A stretch of DNA of 64,000 bases, taken from Prorocentrum cordatum. Taxonomy: Eukaryota. The stretch lies in assembly GCA_963575745.1 (NCBI GenBank), contig CAUYUJ010000003.1, positions 992,001 to 1,056,000 on the forward strand. Reading direction: 5' to 3'. Below are positions 1-9,917 of the stretch, in pieces. The first letter of the stretch is position 1; each line of letters begins with the position of its first letter. Under the pieces are notes generated by a model, which searched no databases, was not told where the DNA came from, and saw nothing but the letters and a program-made list of their open reading frames with translations. The position numbers and the translations under genes are program-made.

Positions 1-48
1 CTGTCTGACGCTGCACTGACGCAGACTGGATGATACTCGCAGCGACTG

Positions 49-262
49 TCCTCCTCCTCCTCCTCCTTCTCCTCCTTCTCCTCCTTCTCCTTCTCCTCCT
101 CCTCCTCCTCCATTTCCTCCTCCTCCATTTCCTCCTCCTCCTCCATTTCCTCCTCCTCCTCCTCCTACTACTCCTCCTCTCCTTCTCTCTCTCTCTCTCT
201 TTGTTTCTCTCTCTCTCTCTCTCTCTTTGTGTTTTCTCTATGCCTTCCTCTCTCTCTCTCTC
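49..262. repeat. (CTC)n / (CT)n microsatellite
   Basis: Pyrimidine tract read directly; the poly-Leu ORF 30..281 is an artefact of it. Confidence 0.95.
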
Positions 263-1361
263 TCGAATCCAAAAACCATAATTATGAGACCAACTTGGTA
301 TCACTTTGCGGGGGGGCCAGGAAAACCTGTAAGCGCTCTTAGAGCGCTTGCAGGTCTGCCCGGAAAGCCATCTCACGCACATGCAGGATCAGGTGTTGGT
401 TAATTGTTCCGATCGTGTCACCGTTTCTAGATATTTGTCGATTTCGACTGATTGGGTTTGTTTTTCTTCAGTTCTATCTCGCTCTCTGCCTCGTTCGCTT
501 CTTCTATACACTGCGTGACCCCATGTTGACGTGCAACATACCAAGCTTTTGGACAAGTCTCATCCGTGTGTGGTGTAACACTGTCTGGCCCCCTGTATGT
601 ATCCATGGCGGCGTGCAGAATACGAGTGAACATATGCTTGTTTTGCTCACGAGGTTGTTCGAGTGACGCGTGTCACTCCAGCGCGGTGGGTCACACTGTA
701 CGGATAGAAGAAGTTAGTTTCTCACACTGTGCAAGGGGTGACACGAGTCACCCGCGCGTGTTGTCACACTGTGTGGCCCCTAGAATACGAGTAGAACATA
801 TAGTTTTGCCCATACGGTTTTCTGTAACATGTCTCACCGGTATTGCTGTACCACACTGAATAGCACGTATACGTACATCATTTTGGTGCCCAGAATGCGG
901 GTGTCGTGTTTTGCTCACACGGTTTTCGGGGTGACGCGTGTCGCCCTGTGGTTTCACACTGTATGGCCCTATGTTGGCGTCCAGCATGCGAATGAGACAG
1001 TGTGTTGTGCTCGCACGGGTTTCAGAGACTCTAAGTATGACACCATGTTGGCGTCCAGAATGCGAGTGGACCAATTCGTGTTGCCCACAGCGTTTTCAGG
1101 GTAATCTGTGTCACCCCTGTGTGGTTCTCCACACTGTAGGAGGAGGCATGATGAGGCAGGAAAAGAAGGAGGAGGCAGGAGGAGGAGGAGGAGCAGGAGG
1201 AGACAGGAGGAGGTGGAGGCAGGACGAGGATGCAAGAGGAGGAGGCAGGAGGAGGCAGGAGGAGGAGGAGGCAGGAGGAAGACGAAGGCTGCCCATTCGT
1301 TACCAATGCTGCCCCCTCGTCATTCCTCCCTGCTCCCTTTCCTCAGCCCGTCTTCCTGCTC

Positions 1362-1384
1362 GCCGCAGCAATGTTGGGCTCAAG
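1362..1384 (+). other. Degenerate relict dinoflagellate spliced-leader-like motif (left arm)
   Basis: gccgcagcaatgttgggctcaag vs DinoSL DCCGTAGCCATTTTGGCTCAAG: 19/22 matches plus a 1-nt insertion; ~100 nt upstream of ATG 1484. Confidence 0.5.
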
Positions 1385-2399
1385 CGAGACGGCGACGGGG
1401 GGTGCACATGCGGCCCTCGCCGACCCTGCCGACGCCCGCGCCCAGCTCTCGCTAGCGCACGCGGCAGCCTCCAATCGCCTCCGATGAGCGTCGGCTTGGC
1501 TTTGCCCGTGACCGCCGCCAGCGCCGCAGTGGCGGCGCAGGCGGCCTCAACCCCATCAGCGACAGCATCGACAACAGCGACAACACCGAGCGCCGCAGAG
1601 GCGGCGCAGGCGCCCGCAGGCGACACCAGCGGAGTCCAGCACCCGCAGCCAGGCAGCTGGATCAGTGACTGGCAGTGGTGGCGCGGTGATTGGTGGAAAA
1701 AGGACGAAAACGACGCGTGGGTCCCGTGGTCGGGCACGCGGGCGGGAGACGCGGTGACGCGCTACGAATGGCCGCCGCATCAAGAAGCAAACCGCGCCTG
1801 GTCCCAGCAGCAGGCGGCAAAGCGCCAGGAGGAGCTTGCTCGCGGGGCAGCCCCATCGCCGCAGGCGCCCGTCCAGGCCGCAGTGGCGGCCCACGGCGGT
1901 GAGCAACAACGCCCGCCGCTTCCAACGGCGCCGCCGCCGCCAGCGGCGCCACCGCCGACAGCGCCACCGCCGCCAGCGGCGGTGGCGCTGGCGCCGCTCG
2001 CGCCCTTCTGACGTCGAGAACTCCTTGGTCTCTATGACAGGGCCGGGCTCTGGCAGGACCCCCCCATCTACTTCGAACCACATGCCCGTTTGGACGGGCT
2101 GCCACTCCTGCTGTGGACCACGACCATGACCAAGACGATAACGAGGGGGCATGGCCGCCACTGCGACCAAGGGGGGCAATGCGCGATTCCAATGCTTGAG
2201 CTGCTGAAAATGAGCCACGGCGGCGCGCGAGATCCTCCTCCTCCTCCTCCTCCTCCTCCTCCTCCTCCTCCTCCTCCTCCTCCTCCTCCTCCTCCTCCTC
2301 CTCCCCCGCACCCCCGGCTGCACCTTTCCCTTACCTGTCCATGCACCCATGAGCCCCCTCCATTCTCCCACGCGCCCACGCACGTCTTTCCACAGACTC

Positions 2400-3490
2400 G
2401 CGCCCTTAGCCAGGGGAGGCCTCCTGAGGTCGCCCCCAGCGCGTGTGCCGGCCCGGGAAGCGCCTGCTGCATCAGATTCTGCAACAGCCCTTATACCGCT
2501 TGCAGGTCCTGCATTTGCAAGTGCTCTGATAGCGCTTGCAGGTCCTGCGTCAAGTATTGTAAGTCCTCTTACAGCGCCTGCAGGTCCTGAGGGGGAGAGG
2601 GGCTGCGGCCCTGCGATGTCCTCCCCGCTGGATTCGGCTTGCTTGCGGAAGCATTTCCAGGCAGCGTTGTGTCCGCGGTAGATGCATGTAAACTTATTAG
2701 TCCCGACCCTTTCGAAGTCCCTCAAGTCGTAGACCTTCCGTGGAACGACGACATCGAGCGCGGATGCCGCCACTGCGGCATTGTCCGTACTCGACCCCGC
2801 CGAGGCGGCGCCTCCAGGCCAGAACTGGGCGCGAGCTGCGGCGGGAACACCTCCGTGTCCAACCAGTGTCCCTGAGGGCCAGAGCTGTATTTGGCCCACT
2901 GGGCCAAAGGCGGGTGCTGGCGGCTGGGTGACGACTGGTGGCGGCCCGCGCTGGCGAGCGCCCGCGGCGGGAGGCTGCGGAGATACTGTGGGCAGCGGCT
3001 GCGCGGCGGGAGGCTGCGCTGTCGGCGGTGGCGCCATTGGCGGCGCCGTTGGAAGCGGCGGGCGTTGTTGCTCACCGCCGTGGGCCGCCACTGCGGCCTG
3101 GACGGGCGCCTGCGGCGATGGGGCTGCCCCGCGAGCAAGCTCCTCCTGGCGCTTTGCCGCCTGCTGCTGGGACCAGGCGCGGTTTGCTTCTTGATGCGGC
3201 GGCCATTCGTAGCGCGTCACCGCGTCTCCCGCCCGCGTGCCCGACCACGGGACCCACGCGTCGTTTTCGTCCTTTTTCCACCAATCACCGCGCCACCACT
3301 GCCAGTCACTGATCCAGCTGCCTGGCTGCGGGTGCTGGACTCCGCTGGTGTCGCCTGCGGGCGCCTGCGCCGCCTCTGCGGCGCTCGGTGTTGTCGCTGT
3401 TGTCGATGCTGTCGCTGATGGGGTTGAGGCCGCCTGCGCCGCCACTGCGGCGCTGGCGGCGGTCACGGGCAAAGCCAAGCCGACGCTCAT
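2400..3490 (-). pseudogene. Intronless Ala/Pro-rich ORF of unknown function inside the foldback element
   Basis: Part of ORF 1556..3895(-). Protein-like blocks WISDWQWWRGDWWKKDENDAWVPW and RKVYDLRDFERVGTNKFTCIYRGHNAAWKCFRKQAE; the 5' half is duplicated on + at 1484-1965. Confidence 0.4.
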
Positions 3491-3589
3491 CGGAGGCGAT
3501 TGGAGGCTGCCGCGTGCGCTAGCGAGAGCTGGGCGCGGGCGTCGGCAGGGTCGGCGAGGGCCGCATGTGCACCCCCCGTCGCCGTCTCG

Positions 3590-3612
3590 CTTGAGCCCAA
3601 CATTGCTGCGGC
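3590..3612 (-). other. Degenerate relict spliced-leader-like motif (right-arm copy)
   Basis: Exact reverse complement of 1362-1384; upstream of ATG 3490. Confidence 0.5.
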
Positions 3613-4288
3613 GAGCAGGAAGACGGGCTGAGGAAAGGGAGCAGGGAGGAATGACGAGGGGGCAGCATTGGTAACGAATGGGCAGCCTTTGTCTTCCTCC
3701 TGCCTCCTCCTCCTCCTGCCTCCTCCTGCCTCCTCCTCTTGCATCCTCGTCCTGCCTCCACCTCCTCCTGTCTCCTCCTGCTCCTCCTCCTCCTCCTGCC
3801 TCCTCCTTCTTTTCCTGCCTCATCATGCCTCCTCCTCCTTTTCCTGCCTCATCATGCCTCCTCCTACAGTGTGGAGAACCACACAGGGGTGACACAGATT
3901 ACCCTGAAAACGCTGTGGGCGACACGAATTGGTCCACTCGTATTCTGGACGCCAACATGGTGTCATACTTAGAGTCTCTGAAACCCGTGTGAGCACAGCA
4001 CAGTTTCTCACTCGCATGCTGGACGCCAACATTGGGCAATACAATGTGAAACCACAAGGCGACACGTGTCACCCCGAAAACCGTGTGAGCAAAACACGAC
4101 ACCCGTACTCTGGGCACCCAAATGATGTAAGTATACGTGCTATTCAGTGTGGTACAACAGCACCGGTGAGACATGTTACCGAAAACCGTGTGGGCAAAAC
4201 TAAATGTTCCACTCGTGTTCTAGAGGCCACACAGTGTGACAACACGCGCGGGTGACTCGTGTCACCCCGTAGACCGTGTGAGAAATTC

Positions 4289-5198
4289 TAGACGCTTCGC
4301 GTATCCCCACCAGCCCGTCCAGAAACGACGCCCAGGCGAGTAGAGGGTCGTCCTGAGGGGCTTTTCGGCGTCTTGGGTGCCTCGGGGGAGCCTCTGTGGG
4401 CCGTTCGGGATCCTCTTTGGGGCCTCCTGGGGGCCTCTTGGGGCCTCTTGGGGCCATCTTGGGGCCTTTGGGGGCCTCCTGGGCGCTTCTTGGGGCCATC
4501 TTTGCCTCTTGGGTGCCTCTGGGGGGTCTCTTGGGGCCTCTTGGGGGTCTCTTGGGGGCCTCCTGGGGGCCTCTTGGGGGGCCTCTTGGGGCCATCTTGG
4601 GGCCATCCTGCGGCCTTTTGGAGGACATCGGCCAAGGAAGTGGGGTTCCCTAATTACAGTCCCCCCCCAGGAGCTCCAAAAATCGCTTCCTGGACCCCTC
4701 TTGGATCGCTCTTGGAGCGCTCGTGGCCGCTCTTGGAGCCATCCTGAGGCTCTCTTGGGCCCCTCTTGGAGCTATCTTGAGCCATCTTGGTGCCATCTTG
4801 ACGCGTCGGATGTGCATCGCGAGCGAAAAAGTGAGAACACCAAAAACATTGATGTTCCCTAGGGTTTTGAAGCATGTTGGCCTCTTGGATGCAGCCTAAT
4901 GATGCTCTTGTGGGCACTTGGAACCGTCTTGGGGAGTTCTTGGAGCGTCTTGGAACATCATGGGGACCATCTTGAGGCATCTTGCGCCATCTTGAGCCAT
5001 CTTGGAGGTCATCTTGAGCTCCCTGAGGCCCTCTTGGAGCCGTCTTGGGCCATCTTGGGCGCTCCAACGCGCCGCGGAACCCCCTGTCCAGGTCAGTGGG
5101 GAGGGGGTAGGGGGAGGGGTAAACCCCTCCCCGAAGGGGAAGAAGGAGAGGTGGAAGAGGAAACGCTCTAAACCACCGACGCCCAGAGGGCTGGTGGG
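4289..5198 (-). mobile_element. ~0.9-kb non-autonomous element rich in (GGCCCCAAGA)-like units, copy 1
   Basis: Reverse complement of 5602-6544; cleanly interrupts the foldback right arm; flanked by attc/actc (imperfect 4-bp TSD). Confidence 0.85.
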
Positions 5199-5482
5199 AC
5201 TCACTTCTTTTATCCGTATACTATGACCCACCGCACTGGGGTGATACGCGTCACCCGGACAACTGCGTTAGCAAAAGTAGCATCTTGCCACTCGTATTCC
5301 GCAGGCCGCCATGGAGACATACAGGGGGCAAGACAGTGTGACACCACAGACGGTGATTGTTTTCCCTAACAAAAATCGTATTTTGCACGTCAACATGGGG
5401 CCATGCAGCGCATGGAAGAAGCAAACGAGGCAGAGAGCGAGATAGAACCGAAGAGAAAAACAAACCCAATCAAGCGAAATCG

Positions 5483-5508
5483 ACACACACACACATATAT
5501 ACACACAC

Positions 5509-5600
<92 letters not shown>
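5483..5600. repeat. (CA)n microsatellite
   Basis: Read directly; absent from the homologous position of the left arm. Confidence 0.95.
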
Positions 5601-5601
<1 letters not shown>

Positions 5602-5602
<1 letters not shown>

Positions 5603-6544
5603 CCACCAGCCCTCTGGGCGTCGGTGGTTTAGAGCGTTTCCTCTTCCACCCCTCCTTCTTCCCCTTCGGGGAGGGGTTTACCCCTCCCCCTACCCCCTCC
5701 CCACTGACCTGGACAGGGGGTTCCGCGGCGCGTTGGAGCGCCCAAGATGGCCCAAGACGGCTCCAAGAGGGCCTCAGGGAGCCCAAGATACCCTCCAAGA
5801 TGGCTCAAGATAGCGCAAGATGCCTCAAGATGGTCCCCATGATGTTCCAAGACGCTCCAAGAACTCCCCAAGACGGTTCCAAGTGCCCACAAGAGCATCA
5901 TTAGGATGCATCCAAGAGGCCAAAATGCTTCAAAACCCTAGGGAAAATCAATGTTTTTGGTGTTCTCACTTTTTCGCTTGCGATGCACATCCGACGCGTC
6001 AAGATGGCTCCAAGATGGCTCAAGATAGCTCCAAGAGGGGCCCAAGAGAGCCTCAGGATGGCTCCAAGAGCGGCCACGAGCGCTCCAAGAGCGATCCAAG
6101 AGGGGTCCAGGAAGCGATTTTTGGAGCTCCTGGGGGGGGGCTGTAATTAGGGAACCCCACTTCCTTTGATCGATTTCCTCCACGATGGCCGCAAGAGGCC
6201 CCCAGGATGCCCCAAGAGGCCGCAGGATGGCCCCAAGATGGCCCCAAGAGGCCCCCCAAGAGGCCCCCAGGAGGCCCCCAAGAGACCCCCAAGAGGCCCC
6301 AAGAGACCCCCCAGAGGCACCCAAGGGGCAAAGATGGCCCCAAGAAGCGCCCAGGAGGCCCCCAAAGGCCCCAAGATGGCCCCAAGAGGCCCCAAGAGGC
6401 CCCCAGGAGGCCCCAAAGAGGATCCCGAACGGCCCACAGAGGCCCCCCCGAGGCACCCAAGACGCCGAAAAGCCCCTCAGGACGACCCTCTACTCGCCTG
6501 GGCGTCGTTTCTGGACGGGCTGGTGGGGATACGCGAAGCGTCTA
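5602..6544 (+). mobile_element. ~0.9-kb non-autonomous element, copy 2
   Basis: Starts cccaccagccc and ends gggctggtggg-gat-acgcgaagcgt-cta; flanked by caaa/caac. Confidence 0.85.
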
Positions 6545-8599
6545 CAACTTTAACAGAAACTGTGACACGATCTGAAAAAATGAAGCCGCATCTGATCCTG
6601 CATGTGCGTGAAATTGAGTCCCGGGCAGACCTGTAAGCGCTCTCAAAGCGCTTACAGGTATGCCTGGGAAGCGCTCTTATAGCGCATACCGTTTTTTTCA
6701 GACTTAGCCTCTTGGTATCAGAATCCAGGCTGTTTGACTATATATATATATATATATATATATATGTTTGCTCCCTCTCTCTATGTTTTGCACCACTGCG
6801 AAGCGATCCCTCGACTCCGATGGCCCGCGCGCGCGGCCGCAGCCCGCGCGCCCGCCCCTCCCTGTGCTCCGCAATTTGCGGAGCAGTATACTGCTCCTGA
6901 ACAACCTCCGCGTCCTGCGGCACGCACGCAATGGCCTGGCATCCCTGAGGAAGGATAATAGTGTTGCTGGTGCTGGTCACTCTTGGATTTGGGAGCCGAC
7001 GGGCGCCTGGGACATTCCCAAACGACAGCTTCAGGGAGACATCCCAACCGTCCCAAAAAACCTTGTCGCGCGGCGTCGGGCAACGCGGGGGAGGAAGGAA
7101 CGGGGTGAAACCGCGAGCGCACCTGCACCAAACCCGCGTGATGCGTCAAAGCACACTACAACAAACCCGTGCGACTATGAGGGCAGCTACGTCATACCAA
7201 GTTTCTCTCCTCCACCGTCGATTCAATCTCTAATGTTCGCGGCGCCCACGCCCTCCCGGCGACCGCGCGCGGCGGGGTTACCCGCGGGAGACGGGGGGGC
7301 CAACGCAGAGTCTGTGTTCTGTCGTCGGAGGGGAGCTACAGAGATTTCCCCTTGTACGCGTCTTTCGGCGCTTTGGCCCTCGCATTTGTTTTTTCAAAAC
7401 ACTCTGAAAAAAGATTCAGCATCGCCGGTCTCCTCTTGGCTTTCGCAGGGCCATTGCGGTCCGGTGTGTCCAAGTCATTTCCTCTTTTGGCGCGCGAAAT
7501 CTCAACGTGCCTCTGCGTCTGTTCGGCTCTGGTCAGACCCCTCGCGCAAGGGTCTCAGGGAGTTGCAGGGCCCAGCCTCTGACGCGACCAGCGCAGCGGA
7601 ACATGTGAATTCCAGCCGCAGAGACCGCGGCACTCAGCGGCCGCACGAACGACGCGCGCACTCGGGGCAACAGCGAGGTTGAAGCGGTTTCGGCTGACAT
7701 GCGAGATCGGTATCGCAATCTCTTGAGGCGCTGTGCGAACGACGCCAGGACGCTTCTCTGGCGCCCTCAGCCAGCGGGCGCCGCCGGCGCAGAACGCGAC
7801 GTCTAGAACCGCCCAGTTCTGAGCTGACGGCGCTGGCACAACTCCCACGAGATACCTTCTCCTGGAAAACCACGGCCGACCGGGAGTAGGTGTAAATGTG
7901 TGACTCCTGCATCTCAGTCTTCCGAGGATATACGAGCAGCGGTGGAAAGCAAAGATGTCAGCATCCGGGATACTAGTCGCACGCGTCGCTGATCAGGTCT
8001 AGGTTGCTGGAGTACTCACCTGGCATCGATGGTGAAGGTGTGATCCAGGGTCGGTTTCTCGTCCTCGAAGCCTCGCTGTCCTCGCACTCGTCGGCATAGG
8101 CGCCTGCGTGGGCTGGAAGCGCCCTACTAGCAGCTAGCGGGGGGTGTTCCTCGCCTGTCACCAAGCGCATAGCGGTGACCTGCCTTCGCCTCGATGCACC
8201 GCTTGAACTCCACGGGCGTGGCAATGTCGCCGGAGTCCGCCAGCTAACCGGTGCACTTCTCGACGTCAGCGATGATCCCGCTAAAACCGGACATGCGGAA
8301 TAATACCTCGGTGCGCACGTAAATCGCCCTGCCGCTGTCCCCGCTATTGTTGAGCGCATCGGAGGAATCAGCTTCCACCTCGGGCCAGGCCTCTTCTTAT
8401 CCAATGAAAGCTGCGCCCAGGCTCGGGCCTCCAGTATCTGCGTGAATGTATGGTGGAAGTGCGCCTGCTCGATTTCGCGCAAATGCGATGGCGCTCGAGT
8501 GCAATCTAGTCGCCTCGTTCAAGTCGGGGCCCTTCTTCGCGGCATTTCTGATGAGATTCGTTGGGATGTCGATGGGGCAGGGAGGCGGTAGTTCAGCCA

Positions 8600-9420
8600 T
8601 TTCTCCAGCATCGTAGGTTCTCAACTCCGTCTCGCGCGTGGCCACCTCCGCGTAGGTGACCTCCTCCTCCTAGTAGGTGCCCGCCTCCGCCGAGTACGCG
8701 CCCACCTCCGCCCCGTAGTTACCCACCTCCGCCATGTCGGCGTTTGCCCCACCTCGCGCGTGCTCACCTCCGCCTCGAAGGTGTTCATCTCCGTCTCGTC
8801 GGCGCTCGCCTCCGCCAAATACGCGCGCACCTCCGCTTCGTAGGTGCTCACCTCCGTCTCGTGCGCGCTCATCTCCGCCCCGCGCGTGACCGCCTACGTC
8901 TCGTACGTGCTCACCTCCGCCTCGTTTGTGCTCGCCCTCGTTTGGCGCATGCTCACCTACGCCTCGGACGTGCTAATCTCTCCCTCGCAGGTGGCCGCCT
9001 CCGTCCCGTACGTGCTCACTTCCGCAGAATGTGCGCTCACCATCGTAGTTGCCCACCTCCGCCTCGTCGGTACTTCCCTGAGCTCCGCAACACACGCCTC
9101 CGCCTCGCAAGTGCTCACCTCCGCCTCGGCGGGGCTCACCTCCGTCAAGTACGCGCTCACCTCCGCCTTGCAAGTGCCCACCTCCACCTCGCGCGTGCTT
9201 ACCTCCGCCTCGCGCGCCTTCGCCTCCGCCTCGTAACTGGACACATCCGCCCAAGAGGTGCTCACGTACGTCTCGTCCGTGCTCACCTCCTCCTCCTCCT
9301 CCTCCTCCTCCTCCTCCTCCTCCTCCTCCTCCTCCTCCTCCTCCCCTTCGGTGTTCACCTCCGTCGCGTACGTGATCACATCCGCCAAGTACGTGCTTAC
9401 CTCCGCCTAGTAGGTGCTCA
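8600..9420 (-). repeat. 21-bp minisatellite reading as a 7-aa heptad (EAEVSTY/R/C); decayed coiled-coil-like coding relic
   Basis: Recurring gtgctcacctccgcctcgNNN; ORFs 8621..8872(-) and 8957..9388(-) show EAEVST repeats broken by stops. Confidence 0.75.
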
Positions 9421-9917
9421 CATCCCGTCATCGTCGGCATGATCGTGGAGGGCCCTGAACAATGAAGTTTCCCAAGTCGTGTCGCACCGCTGTTGCCGCC
9501 GTCCTTCCCACCATGCGGGGTGGGCCTGTAGTTTTCTGACGTACCCAACTTGCCGCTGCAGTGCTGAATCAAGTCGCTTCTGGGCGGCCAGCTGCCTAGC
9601 TTTACGTGCTCGTCGTGCCCTCTTGGACCATGGGTTGGTCAGACCGTCATCGTACACATCACAGCTGGGCTTCGCGTGCCAGACGAGCGCGCCGTGCCGT
9701 GACCAAACCACGGCTGTTGGCGCCCGCCGGGCCGCGGCGCGGCCAGCGGGCTGAGGCCGTCCCCCCCTCGCGCGCGGGGGTAACGAGTTTCCGCAAACGT
9801 CCTCCTCCTCCTCCTCCACTCTTTTTCCATATACAGGACTCCTCCATGTCGCGCCCCCAGTCGAAAGGGCCGACCGGACTTTTCGCCTGACTTTTCCCAG
9901 TCACTTATGACCCTGAT

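Larger units (their letters stand above)
325..6659. mobile_element. Foldback-like element with ~1.64-kb inverted arms (325-~1965 vs ~3017-6659; right arm interrupted by two insertions and a CA tract)
   Basis: 735-1965 is the reverse complement of 3017-4268; 430-730 matches 5199-5483; 325-430 matches 6545-6659. Each end has a 31-bp palindrome (acctgtaagcgct-N5-agcgcttRcaggt). Arms contain ggggtgac..gtcaccc and tcacactgt subrepeats. No transposase seen. Confidence 0.8.

Noticed and set aside
735..4268. Palindrome as a read fold-back or assembly artefact
   Set aside because: The arms differ by many substitutions, indels and two discrete insertions, which an artefact would not produce; long-read confirmation is still desirable.
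4200..6636. Pro/Gly/Arg-rich ORFs
   Set aside because: Translations of GGCCCCAAGA-type repeat units.
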